A program made the translations under genes and the position numbers. From NCBI GenBank assembly GCA_027251445.1, contig JAPNQO010000067.1, positions 1 through 27,680 on the forward strand: a stretch of DNA of 27,680 bases, in the 5' to 3' direction. Position 1 is the first letter of the stretch. Every line of letters begins with the position of its first letter. Source of the DNA: Fidelibacterota bacterium (GTDB lineage Bacteria > Fidelibacterota > Marinisomatia > Marinisomatales > TCS55). Below, in pieces: positions 17,966-27,680 of this stretch. The notes beneath the pieces were generated by a model, which was not told the origin of the DNA, searched no databases, and saw nothing but the letters and a program-made list of their open reading frames with translations.

Positions 17966-19507
17966 TTAAGCATCAAAATGCTGTTGGGTAATATCAACAT
18001 AAATAATGAGATATTGTCCAGGGTAAATAAGTCCTGGTTGTTTCTTTACTTTTCGATTCCACCCAACTAATTCTGATACGGATACATTAAATCGATTAGC
18101 AATGCGAACTAAAGAGTCACCGTTCTTAACATGGTAAGCTACCTTTTGAATGATTTCTGGTCTTGAAATATCATGATGATTTTCACAGAGATATAATTTT
18201 ATAGTCGTACCAACTTTTAAATACTCCTCTTTATTTATATCATTCCATAAAGATATTTTATCAATTGAAACATTATATGTTTTACTTAAATCCCAAAGTG
18301 AATCTCCACGCTTAATTTTGTGTTCAGTATAATGTGGTTCATAATCACTATCACTATCTGAGTTTTTGATAACTTTTGGAATTAATAGTTCATTATCAAT
18401 GATGATTTTATTTGAAGATAATCTATTCACTTTTTTAATTAATGATACAGATGTTGAATATATTTTTGCAATCTTACTTAAGGAATCTCCACCTTTTATC
18501 TTATAATGAATCCATTGTATTCTTTTATTATCAGGTAAATAATTAATCAATTCATCCATAAAATTTGCATTTTTAACTGGAATTAGTATTTGATGTGGTC
18601 CGTCCGGAGCGGATTGCCAGTAATTAAACCCGGGATTTAGTTTATAAATTTCTTTTAATGAAATATTTAATATGTCTGCCAATGCTGTTAAGTCAATCTG
18701 AGTTGGCCAATACGAAATTTTAAATTGCTGTTCATTCTTAAGGTCTGGCAAGTCAATTCCTAGATATTTACTATTTTTTATTATATGAATTAATGCTAAA
18801 AATCTTGGAACATACTGCTTGGTTTCATTAGGTAAGTTTAAAGACCAAAAATCAGTTTTTTTACCCCATGTAGTATTTCTTTTTTGAAGATAGGATACGG
18901 TCCCTTCACCTGCATTATATGCAGCTATTGCAAGCAACCAATCACCCTTAAAATACTTATGAAGACGTGTTAAATAATCCAAAGCTGCATTTGTAGATAA
19001 TACAATATCTCTACGACCATCATACCAATTATTAATAGGAACTCCATATTGACGTGCTGTTCCAGGAATAATTTGCCAAAAACCAGCTGCGCTGCCATGT
19101 GAAAAGGCATTCGGATCATAGTTACTTTCAATAAATGGTAATAAAGCTAATTCTAAAGGAAGATTTCTTCTTTTAAGTTCTTGAATGACAAATTGTATAT
19201 AAGGGCGAGATTGTTCAGATAAATAATCAAAATACCAAGACCCATGACGATTAATCCGGCTGATTTCATTTTGAACTTCAGTTTTGTTATTAAAGGTGTT
19301 CCAGCTCAATTCATTTATAAGTATCTCCCATATATCATTAATTGCATAATTATCTAATGTTGTTTTTGGCGGAAGCTCACAGGCACTTAAACAAATATTT
19401 TTTTCATCTAAACCCTTATTTGTGGAAACTGGATTTGATTTTGTAATAGGATAAAAGTGCTCCGTTACAAAGATGAGAATTAAGAATATGGAAAGTATGT
19501 ATTTCAT
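17966..19507 (-). CDS. mltD: Lytic murein transglycosylase D-like (SLT + 3 LysM)
   Basis: LPFIESNY, AAGFWQIIPGTA, AAYNAGEG, ETKQYVPR; three LysM repeats (GDSL..IA / GDSLW / GDSL..IA). Confidence 0.92.
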   Translation of the reverse strand: MKYILSIFLILIFVTEHFYPITKSNPVSTNKGLDEKNICLSACELPPKTTLDNYAINDIWEILINELSWNTFNNKTEVQNEISRINRHGSWYFDYLSEQSRPYIQFVIQELKRRNLPLELALLPFIESNYDPNAFSHGSAAGFWQIIPGTARQYGVPINNWYDGRRDIVLSTNAALDYLTRLHKYFKGDWLLAIAAYNAGEGTVSYLQKRNTTWGKKTDFWSLNLPNETKQYVPRFLALIHIIKNSKYLGIDLPDLKNEQQFKISYWPTQIDLTALADILNISLKEIYKLNPGFNYWQSAPDGPHQILIPVKNANFMDELINYLPDNKRIQWIHYKIKGGDSLSKIAKIYSTSVSLIKKVNRLSSNKIIIDNELLIPKVIKNSDSDSDYEPHYTEHKIKRGDSLWDLSKTYNVSIDKISLWNDINKEEYLKVGTTIKLYLCENHHDISRPEIIQKVAYHVKNGDSLVRIANRFNVSVSELVGWNRKVKKQPGLIYPGQYLIIYVDITQQHFDA

Positions 19508-19534
19508 TTTTATATTGATTTAAATCCGCTAACC

Positions 19535-19565
19535 AAAAACGGGCCTAATATTATCAGGCCCGTTT
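19535..19565 (-). terminator. Rho-independent terminator
   Basis: AAACGGGCCT-N9-AGGCCCGTTT stem ending in a TTTTT run on the minus strand, about 35 nt after the stop at 19602. Confidence 0.8.
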
Positions 19566-19601
19566 ATTGGATTGTATGCGTGATGTACTCCAATAGCTAT
19601 C

Positions 19602-20090
19602 TTAGTCCTTAGATTCTAAAACAGCTGAGTAAACATCCTCTTCATCGTCAGCAGTGAATTTTGTTTCGCCGTCATCATCTGATTCTAGTTCATCTTTATT
19701 ATCTTCTACAGGTGCGGTATTTGCAGCCAGTTCTTCTGCATAAGAAGTAGTATATTGCTGTCCTTTCCAGGTGAATTCATGACCTGATCCAAGAAGAGCA
19801 CGTGCTTGAGAAAATGCTTCATTAAATGTTGATGGTCCAGAAGAATCTAATTCTTCTTCAACACTTAGATTTTCCTCTATTATTACATCGATAGCTTCTA
19901 TTGCATCAGCAATATATTCCTCAGCACGATCATCTAATACAACCTCTTGTGAAGGTTCTTCATATGAGGCTTCATATGATAGTTCTGGGGCATTATTATT
20001 ATTGGCACTCAATATCATTAAACCTGCTATGATACTGAAAGAAAGAGTTACGAAAACTACTCTGCCACGATTTGTTTTGTATTTATTCAT
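19602..20090 (-). CDS. Membrane-anchored acidic protein with a short FxEAFxxAR..G..F.W.G..Y.T module
   Basis: ATG at 20090 after an AAGGAG RBS; N-terminal TM; D/E-rich flanks around STFNEAFSQARALLGSGHEFTWKGQQYTTSYAEE. Confidence 0.75.
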   Translation of the reverse strand: MNKYKTNRGRVVFVTLSFSIIAGLMILSANNNNAPELSYEASYEEPSQEVVLDDRAEEYIADAIEAIDVIIEENLSVEEELDSSGPSTFNEAFSQARALLGSGHEFTWKGQQYTTSYAEELAANTAPVEDNKDELESDDDGETKFTADDEEDVYSAVLESKD

Positions 20091-20383
20091 TTTATACTCC
20101 TTTTCATTTTTGTTTGTGATTGCTATTTTTTGCAATCGTAATGTTTTACATGCATACTAGTGATTCAGTTCCAGTAAATTATTTGCGAATAGTGTTTTTG
20201 TGCTGACAATCACAATTGTATTATCTATAATAAAAAAACGTGGAACTTATTGATGAAATAAGAATTTAAAGCGCGTTCTATTAATTGCTTTTCTCAAAAA
20301 ATAAAGAACTAATATTATATGAATTATATTGATCATAATTAATAAAAGAGAGTACCTTTTTACGATATCAAATTGATTAAATA

Positions 20384-21667
20384 ATGAAAAATAAAATCCC
20401 ACTGATTATTTATTCCCTAATTGCTATAGTCCCTGCAGTGTTTATTATTAGTGCTTTTTTTGGGCCAAAGAATGATTCAAAAATTGTACTAAATGGTCTA
20501 GACCCATTTGCTTTGGATGATATAAAAGTGACAAACAAGTATGATGACTCAGAAAAAAAATTGAGGGAAAAAAGAGAAAAGTTTAAGAAAGCAGTAGAAA
20601 AAAAATGGGATACATATGAAGAATCAACATCAAAATCGTATGTTTCCTATAGCAAAGATCTTTCATCGCGAACGATTGTTGATTTTGAAAAGGGAGAGGT
20701 GACTATTGAATTAATTGTAGATGAAGAAGATCCCAAAAATGATTCTTATGATTCTAACTCAGATCTAGATCTGCGATTATTTACAACTAAACTAAAGCTG
20801 AGCAGTAAATTTCTTTCAATTAACCCTAGGTTGCTAAATGTGCTAATGATGATTGTTTTTCAAGAAGATGAAGATTCTAATAACGATGACAACGTTAATT
20901 CTTCATTTACAAAACGATTATCAAAATTATTAAAAGAAAAAGGAGATGATGGAGAGCCAATCTTAAAAGATCAGTTGGTTGATGCCAGTGGAAAAGCAGT
21001 TGAGACAGTTGGTAATACCCTTGGTATTGCTAAAGATCTTATTAGTGATAAGACAAAAAAAGTTAGAATGCATTTTGCAAAAGATGGGAAAAAACGAACA
21101 ATTATTTCTATTAAAATTCCTCTAAGTGATAACCACATGGAAAAACGCAGAGAGAGATATAAGGAACTCATCGAGATTGAAGCACGTCGCTTTAATATAC
21201 CAACAGAAATAGCATTGGCAATTGCAGAAACTGAATCTGCTTTTAACCCCAAAGCTAAATCACATGTCCCTGCCTATGGATTAATGCAGTTGGTTCCAAA
21301 AACAGGCGCTCGAGATGCCTATCAGTGGATTTATAAAAAAGACAAATTCATATCAGGTAGGTATTTATACAAACCAAGAAATAATGTTGAACTTGGGTGC
21401 GCATACCTTTCTATGATTAGACATCATTATTTTTCTGCTATTCGTGATGATGAACTTGCTTATATATGTGCCATTCCAGCGTATAATACAGGTGTTGGTA
21501 ATGTATCAAAGGCACTAATAAATAAAACGAATATTAGAGAAGCGTCAAAAAAAGCCAATAAGATGAATAAAGATGAATTATATGATAAGCTTTATTCAGA
21601 TCTTAGCAGTAAAGAAGCTAAAAATTATTTAAAGAAAGTGTGGACTAGAAAAGAAAATTATAAATAA
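20384..21667 (+). CDS. mltC: MltC-like lytic transglycosylase (DUF3393-like + SLT)
   Basis: YVSYS..SRTIVDFEKG.VTIE; IAETESAFNPKAKSHVPAYGLMQLVPKTGARD; AYNTGVGNV. Confidence 0.85.
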   Translation: MKNKIPLIIYSLIAIVPAVFIISAFFGPKNDSKIVLNGLDPFALDDIKVTNKYDDSEKKLREKREKFKKAVEKKWDTYEESTSKSYVSYSKDLSSRTIVDFEKGEVTIELIVDEEDPKNDSYDSNSDLDLRLFTTKLKLSSKFLSINPRLLNVLMMIVFQEDEDSNNDDNVNSSFTKRLSKLLKEKGDDGEPILKDQLVDASGKAVETVGNTLGIAKDLISDKTKKVRMHFAKDGKKRTIISIKIPLSDNHMEKRRERYKELIEIEARRFNIPTEIALAIAETESAFNPKAKSHVPAYGLMQLVPKTGARDAYQWIYKKDKFISGRYLYKPRNNVELGCAYLSMIRHHYFSAIRDDELAYICAIPAYNTGVGNVSKALINKTNIREASKKANKMNKDELYDKLYSDLSSKEAKNYLKKVWTRKENYK

Positions 21668-22912
21668 TTACTTATCTTTTTTTGCCAGACTTAATCTCAA
21701 TATAAATACCCGTAAAGAACTCAGCATAATTGTTCCAATAATTACTACATACACCACTCGAGCAAGGTAGTCAGCTCCAGGCATTCCAGCTTGTATAACA
21801 GCTTGAATCAAAACTGCAGCCGCGAGCCCACGTGCAAATACAGCATTTACTAGTTTTCGCTGAGCGCCTGCCATTCCTTTTGTTAAAGGCATTGAAGCCA
21901 TGCGAACTACCATAATCAAAACAGATAAAATCCCTCCTACAACTAAAGCTGTTTGATCTGTAATATCTAAAAGTATTCCAACATAAATAAAGAAAAATGA
22001 TTTGAGAAAGAATGAAATTAAATGGTAAAATTTTTCTTCACTTGCACTAGTTACCTCTATACCTAAATCACCTCGAACTGCTTTTTTCTTTTCTTCTACA
22101 GATCGTGAAAGAATTCCTTCTTTTATAGAAGAAAGTTGTTTTGAATTATTCAATATTAGGCCAAAGAATAAAGCAGCAATTGGACCGTTTCCACCAAAGC
22201 TTTCTGTCGCTAGATACAGAAGAATTAAATATGCGATGGTTATTATATAATTTTGCTCTTCAAATACTCTGATAACAATCCATACTATACCGCCCAATAC
22301 ACCAATAAAACCTGCTATAGCAAATAATTCAATGAGATAAGAAAGTGTTTTTTGTATACCAAATATCCCTGTTGTATATACTTCAATAACAGACAGAGTT
22401 GCCACAATACAAAATACATCTGTAAGGGCAGATTCAAGGGCTAGTCTGGAAAATAATTTACCACCAACCCGAATTTGATTCAGAATTGGGATTACAAAAG
22501 AAGAAGAAACACCTGCTAAAGAAAAACCAATTACCAAAGCAGCCATCATTGATGTTCCTCCCAAGTGAAACTCTTGGATATAATAAAAAATTCCACCAAC
22601 CACAAGAGTTGAAAGAACAAAATTATAAATTGTTAAAACCAGGCTAGAAGAGAACTCTCTTATTAATGATGATAGATTAATATTAAAAGCACCATCAAAA
22701 ATAAGAATCAATAAAGTAAATGTTGTAACAACCGGAGCAATTGAAGAGAGATCCTCAGGAGACGTAAACCCATATCCATTTGGACCAATAAGAAAACCGA
22801 TAATTATTAGAAAAATTACATCGGGTATGTTAGTTCTACGGAATAAAATTTCAGATAAAAATCCAAAAATTGCAATTAAGCTAATAGATAATAATGCAAT
22901 ATTTACATTCAT
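21668..22912 (-). CDS. Cation:proton antiporter, CPA1/NhaP-type
   Basis: IPDVIFLIIIGFLIGP, ILIFDGA, LESALTD, ARGLAAAVL; about 12-13 TM helices. Confidence 0.9.
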   Translation of the reverse strand: MNVNIALLSISLIAIFGFLSEILFRRTNIPDVIFLIIIGFLIGPNGYGFTSPEDLSSIAPVVTTFTLLILIFDGAFNINLSSLIREFSSSLVLTIYNFVLSTLVVGGIFYYIQEFHLGGTSMMAALVIGFSLAGVSSSFVIPILNQIRVGGKLFSRLALESALTDVFCIVATLSVIEVYTTGIFGIQKTLSYLIELFAIAGFIGVLGGIVWIVIRVFEEQNYIITIAYLILLYLATESFGGNGPIAALFFGLILNNSKQLSSIKEGILSRSVEEKKKAVRGDLGIEVTSASEEKFYHLISFFLKSFFFIYVGILLDITDQTALVVGGILSVLIMVVRMASMPLTKGMAGAQRKLVNAVFARGLAAAVLIQAVIQAGMPGADYLARVVYVVIIGTIMLSSLRVFILRLSLAKKDK

Positions 22913-23355
22913 TATTTAATTGTCCCTATACGAGCTTTTACCATGACGGTTTCTGTCCAATATATTGGCCAAAAACCTTCGGTTGTTTTTGAAAATTTAG
23001 GGCTTACGATAACGTCATATTCTTTATTTTTATTAAGCAGATCATTTAAAGCAAGTGATTCTGTATCAATTATTATTAATCCAAAACTTTGAGCATCAAA
23101 GACTTCAACATTACCTGCTGTAATTAAAGGAATGCGAGAAGTAGACAATCCAACGCTAGCAGACTCAATATTTCTTTTCATTAACCTTTGAAAATCAAAG
23201 CCAAGAATCTTTGTTGATTTTGCTTGCCCCCAAACCTCATCTGAGATATTTAGATCACTCAAATATATCATGGATGTTGGAACACTATGATTTACCATAG
23301 TACACCCTGATATAAATATGTATAAAGAAATAAAAAATAATATGTTTGGTTTCAT
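22912..23355 (-). CDS. Hypothetical lipoprotein
   Basis: Lipobox ISGC; ATG at 23355 follows GAGG; its stop overlaps the antiporter ATG (TAATG). Confidence 0.75.
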   Translation of the reverse strand: MKPNILFFISLYIFISGCTMVNHSVPTSMIYLSDLNISDEVWGQAKSTKILGFDFQRLMKRNIESASVGLSTSRIPLITAGNVEVFDAQSFGLIIIDTESLALNDLLNKNKEYDVIVSPKFSKTTEGFWPIYWTETVMVKARIGTIK

Positions 23356-23453
23356 AGTTTTCCTCATGTTTCTAAGGGATATAAAATATCACTTGTAGTC
23401 TATAATTAACATATATTTTTCCAAAAGTAATTACATTATATCTATATTTAATT

Positions 23454-26051
23454 ATGAAAAAATATATATTACTGAACATACTAATGATTTTATATCTTAA
23501 TTGTTCTGATAAGAACAATCAAGAAAAAGATAAAGCAATGGATTATAAACTAACATGGGGAATGATCTCTAATTATCTTGAAGGGGCATCTTCTTCTAGG
23601 GCAGCATTCACCATTCATAATAACTCTAATAAAATGCTTGGAAATAAAGGATGGGCTATCTTCTTTTCTCAAAGTCCAAGAAAAATAACAAATCATTCTG
23701 ACTCACAGGCAAATATCAATCAAATTAATGGAGATTGGTTTTCAATAACACCCAATGAATCTTTTTCTCTACCTCCTGGCAGTCAAGTTACCATACAATA
23801 TGATCTTTCAAGTTATTTGATAAAAGAAACAGATGCTCCTTTGTATCCATATCTAGTTTTATATGATCAAGATGGCAATGAAAAAGACGTCAGTAGAATA
23901 ATAGATTATTCCATTTTACCATTTGATAAGCCAGAAAAAATTAATAGAGGAAAAAATGATGTAGTGCCAATTCCTTCTTCTGAAAATCGTTATCAATCAA
24001 ATGAGGACCTTTCATTATTAGATGAAAATGATATTCATAAAATTATACCTACACCAGTTACAATTGACTCTAGAAAAGGTACTTTATTAATAAGTGATGC
24101 CTTACAAATTTATTATAGTGAAGATCTTAAATCTGAAGCAAAATATCTTAGAGATAAACTTAAAAAATTTACTGGAAAAAAGTTTTCTATGTTGCAAAAG
24201 GCATATAAAGGTGGCAAAGCAATAGTGTTGAGAACGAACCCAATTTCAGTTAATAAAATTTCATCAGAAGCATATATATTAGAAATTTCTTCTGATAATG
24301 GTCTGATGATAACTGGATCAGATCCGGCAGGAGTATTTTATGGAATACAAAGCTTTATTGCTTTGTTACCTGTTAATATTTTTCAATCACCCCAGTCAAG
24401 CATAGAAGTATCTAGTATTTATATTGAAGATTCTCCTCGATTCTCTTATCGTGGTCAACATTTAGATGTAAGTAGAAATTTCTTTTCTAAGAATGCAGTT
24501 TTTAAGCTTATTGATATTATGTCTTTTTATAAACTAAACCATTTGCAATTATATTTGTCAGAGGACGAAGGATGGCGTATTGAGATTAAGGAATTACCGG
24601 AATTAACTAAAGTAGGCGGTCAACGTCAACATACATCAAAGGATTCTCCTGCCCTTCATCCATCCTATGGAAGTGGGCCATTTGCCTATGAAGCAAATAC
24701 ATTTGGTAGCGGATTTTATTCAAGAAAGGATTTCATAGAAATACTTCAATATGCAGCAAAAAGACATATCACAGTTATTCCAACAATTAACTTTCCAGGT
24801 CATGCAAGAGCAGCAATCAAAGCAATGGAAGCAAGATATGAATATTATATGGAAAAAGGACAGAAAGATTTAGCAAATGAATATCGTTTAATTGATCCAA
24901 ATGAAAAGTCAATATATTATTCTGCACAAGGTTATAATGATAATGTTGTAAATGTAGCGAGAGAATCTGTATATAAATTTTATAGTACTGTTATAAAAAG
25001 TATTAGTGACTTATATATTGAAGCGGATGTGCCATTTACTTTTTTTCATACCGGAGGAGATGAGGTTCCTCAGGGATCCTGGTCAGATTCCCCAATGGTT
25101 AATGAATACTTAGGGTCTATGGATAAAAAGATACATCCAATGGACCTTCAAGTAAATTTTTTCCGCAGAGCTGTGAATATGTTAGAAGATTACAATGTAA
25201 AAGTTGGCGGGTGGGAAGAAGTTGTATTGCAAAGGATGGAGAATAGAGATGTGGGGGGGACTGAGATAAACACTGAATTTGTAAATAAAAAAGTGATTCC
25301 TTATTTCTGGATTAATGCTTGGGGACAAGAAGATTTAGCTTATCGTTTAGCAAATCAAGGCTATGAAGTAGTATTATGTAATGTTACAGATTTTTATTTT
25401 GATCTTGCTTATGATAAAGACCCAAAAGAACCAGGTCTATATTGGGGTGGTTTTAACAATACCAAAGATGCTTTTGAAACAGCACCATTTGATTTATTTA
25501 AGACAACTACAACAACGCCTAGCGGGCAACCAATTGATGTTGATAAAACTTTTAAAGATAGAGAGCGTTTAAAAGATAAAAATAAAAAGAATATTATTGG
25601 ATTACAGGCACAGCTATGGAGTGAGACTATTAAAGGTGATGGGATGTTAGAATATTTTTATTTACCTAAGATCATTGGATTTTCTGAGACAGCCTGGAAA
25701 GAACGAAAATGGGAAACAATCGATGATAGGCAAATGAGAGAAAAAGAAATATTAAAATCATGGAATGTTTTTGCTAATACGATTGCAAGAAAAGATCTCC
25801 CAAGGCTTTATTCAATGTTTGGTGGGTTCAATTATAGAATTCCTTCACCTGGGGCAGTAATAGAGAATGGGCTTTTAAAAGCAAATACAGAATTCCCTGG
25901 ACTTGAAATTCGTTATACTTTAGATGGTGCTGACCCTACAGTAAAGTCAACTTTGTATGAAAAGCCATTTAAGGCTACACAAAACGTTAAATTGCGTTCT
26001 TTTGATTCTGCAGGGAATAGTAGTTTAATATCCTTAGTTAAATATAAATAA
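23454..26051 (+). CDS. GH20 beta-N-acetylhexosaminidase (chitobiase architecture), probable lipoprotein
   Basis: DSPRFSYRGQHLDVSRNF, PGHARAA, catalytic HTGGDE, YFDLAY, QAQLWSE, C-terminal IRYTLDG..PT; N-terminal YLNC. Confidence 0.95.
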   Translation: MKKYILLNILMILYLNCSDKNNQEKDKAMDYKLTWGMISNYLEGASSSRAAFTIHNNSNKMLGNKGWAIFFSQSPRKITNHSDSQANINQINGDWFSITPNESFSLPPGSQVTIQYDLSSYLIKETDAPLYPYLVLYDQDGNEKDVSRIIDYSILPFDKPEKINRGKNDVVPIPSSENRYQSNEDLSLLDENDIHKIIPTPVTIDSRKGTLLISDALQIYYSEDLKSEAKYLRDKLKKFTGKKFSMLQKAYKGGKAIVLRTNPISVNKISSEAYILEISSDNGLMITGSDPAGVFYGIQSFIALLPVNIFQSPQSSIEVSSIYIEDSPRFSYRGQHLDVSRNFFSKNAVFKLIDIMSFYKLNHLQLYLSEDEGWRIEIKELPELTKVGGQRQHTSKDSPALHPSYGSGPFAYEANTFGSGFYSRKDFIEILQYAAKRHITVIPTINFPGHARAAIKAMEARYEYYMEKGQKDLANEYRLIDPNEKSIYYSAQGYNDNVVNVARESVYKFYSTVIKSISDLYIEADVPFTFFHTGGDEVPQGSWSDSPMVNEYLGSMDKKIHPMDLQVNFFRRAVNMLEDYNVKVGGWEEVVLQRMENRDVGGTEINTEFVNKKVIPYFWINAWGQEDLAYRLANQGYEVVLCNVTDFYFDLAYDKDPKEPGLYWGGFNNTKDAFETAPFDLFKTTTTTPSGQPIDVDKTFKDRERLKDKNKKNIIGLQAQLWSETIKGDGMLEYFYLPKIIGFSETAWKERKWETIDDRQMREKEILKSWNVFANTIARKDLPRLYSMFGGFNYRIPSPGAVIENGLLKANTEFPGLEIRYTLDGADPTVKSTLYEKPFKATQNVKLRSFDSAGNSSLISLVKYK

Positions 26052-26053
26052 AA

Positions 26054-26512
26054 TTATCGTATTGTTGGTTGATAGCATCGAATAAATTCATCAGGCATTC
26101 GTTCTGGTTTTCCATTATCAATGTTTAATGAGACCCAATCTGTTTCAGCTCGCAAAGTTGTTTTTTGATCATTAGTACGAATGATTTGATATTTTCGCAT
26201 ACTTTGAAATCGATTATCATTTGTAGCAATCCAGGTTCCAACAATTAAGTTATCATTTAAAAAAGTTGCAGACATATAGTTTATTTCATGTCTCTTTGCC
26301 ACCATAGCTACACCCATAGATAAATAATCATTAACTGATAGGCCTAAGCTTTCAGAATGTCCGTAGGCTGCTTTCATCATCCAATCAAGATATACTTGAT
26401 TGTTTGTATGGCCTAATTGATCAATATCATTATCAGAAACTTTTACTGAAACTGTGAATGGGTTAGGGTAATCCCAATCGAGCTGATAAATCTTTTCCAC
26501 TACAGGTTTCAT
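26054..26512 (-). CDS. Hotdog-fold acyl-CoA thioesterase (4HBT/YbgC-like)
   Basis: DIDQLGHTNNQVYLDW motif. Confidence 0.9.
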   Translation of the reverse strand: MKPVVEKIYQLDWDYPNPFTVSVKVSDNDIDQLGHTNNQVYLDWMMKAAYGHSESLGLSVNDYLSMGVAMVAKRHEINYMSATFLNDNLIVGTWIATNDNRFQSMRKYQIIRTNDQKTTLRAETDWVSLNIDNGKPERMPDEFIRCYQPTIR

Positions 26513-26534
26513 ATGAAATTAATACCTATTGAAG

Positions 26535-27467
26535 CTAAAATTTTCTTCGATAATCAATTTTCATTGATAATTCACCAGTATCAACATCTTTACTTAATTT
26601 AAACTTGCCTCTAGAAAGAGCTTCAATATTATAGAACATACCATCTTTATGTGCAAACTCCCTTTCTAAGGTTGTCCAAAGGATAATTACTAAAGATTTA
26701 TGTATTTGCTTTCCATAAAAGATTTCAATTTCATCTGTAAATAGTTTTTCTGTCAGCACCGTTTTAACAACGTAGTGTTTTATAGTGTTAAAAAAATTCT
26801 TTTTATCTAAAGCAATATTAATCCACTCATCTCTGCTTTTAACGAATGAATCTGTTTGCATTCGAAGTCGTTCATCCACGCTGGGTTCATAATCAGGGTC
26901 TTCTAAATGTCGTATCAATAAATTTCTATCCATAACAGATGTCCATTCTTTCCTGATTTCATTAATATGATCTTTTGCTTTTTCTTTCCAGGATTGGACT
27001 TGAGATATAATAAACATTTCATCTAATCCGCTTGAGCTGAAATAATCTGTTTTGCATTGATAATAAAAATCCATGTTATTAAACATCCACCAGTCTCCCA
27101 AACGATCGCGATTAGCGCTACGTAATGCGACCATAATAGCTTCAGCCCAAATATCTAATTCAACAATCCGTTTTACTTTACTAAAAATTGTATCATTATG
27201 TGCATTCTGAATATCTTCAGTTGCGATATTCTTTTCATTTTTCAATGCTGATATCATTTGATCAAATATTTTTTGATCCTTAGCAATTTCCTGTACCCAT
27301 GAAATAATACCATCAAAACCCATCTTTTTAAATTCGTCAGTGTTTATTTCAAATGCGATTTCGTTATCTAGATCTTGTGGCTCTTTATCTTCTGATTTAT
27401 GGATATAATCATTTGAATCATAAATTAGATTCCCGTCTTTATCTTTCATTTGGAAATCAAGAGGCAT
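26535..27467 (-). CDS. Hypothetical protein, 310 aa
   Basis: Long open frame, soluble and probably helical, no motif I recognise. Confidence 0.7.
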   Translation of the reverse strand: MPLDFQMKDKDGNLIYDSNDYIHKSEDKEPQDLDNEIAFEINTDEFKKMGFDGIISWVQEIAKDQKIFDQMISALKNEKNIATEDIQNAHNDTIFSKVKRIVELDIWAEAIMVALRSANRDRLGDWWMFNNMDFYYQCKTDYFSSSGLDEMFIISQVQSWKEKAKDHINEIRKEWTSVMDRNLLIRHLEDPDYEPSVDERLRMQTDSFVKSRDEWINIALDKKNFFNTIKHYVVKTVLTEKLFTDEIEIFYGKQIHKSLVIILWTTLEREFAHKDGMFYNIEALSRGKFKLSKDVDTGELSMKIDYRRKF

Positions 27468-27597
27468 TGGTAATAATTAAATTAGATAATTGTATAAATA
27501 TCATCTTTTACAATATGGAATCTAAGTTAATTAAAAATAAAATTGTTTTGTGAAAAGCTGATAAGTTAAAAACTAAAAGCTCTATGCTAAATGTGTG

Positions 27598-27671
<74 letters not shown>

Positions 27672-27680
27672 AATAATGGG

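Noticed and set aside
20144..20269. Divergent GGAAC(TT) motifs as ECF-sigma or sigma54 promoters
   Set aside because: The -10 matches are poor and GG-N10-GC spacing is not met; cannot be distinguished from chance.
2409..27553. Other short ORFs in the track (2409, 2560, 2935, 4776, 9037, 15155, 16703, 20971, 25381, 27353)
   Set aside because: They overlap well-supported genes in another frame or strand and show no coding features.

Overview
AT-rich (roughly 30% GC by eye), tightly packed chromosomal window from a Gram-negative bacterium. Gene style suggests a streamlined marine FCB-group organism such as Ca. Marinimicrobia/SAR406 (inference only). It holds a partial TonB-dependent receptor, a G1P-dehydrogenase-like enzyme, mutM, B12-uptake-type genes, sat-cysC, gpmA, two lytic transglycosylases, a CPA1 antiporter, a GH20 hexosaminidase and tRNA-Ile2(CAT). 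I found no transposase, integrase or CRISPR array. The standout is a closely coupled minus-strand operon (10183->3991). Its 391-aa membrane protein carries both metal-site motifs of the copper membrane monooxygenase subunit PmoC/AmoC, in the right order and with the same internal spacing: D-x3-H-x12-H (CuC-like, with E-x-D and RD) and D-x3-H-x13-H (CuD-like). Directly downstream is a His-rich exported protein with PmoB-like topology (soluble domain, 2 TM helices, soluble domains). Upstream are three small proteins, two of them missing from the ORF track. This is a candidate undescribed CuMMO-related membrane metalloenzyme or copper-handling system; its function is untested.
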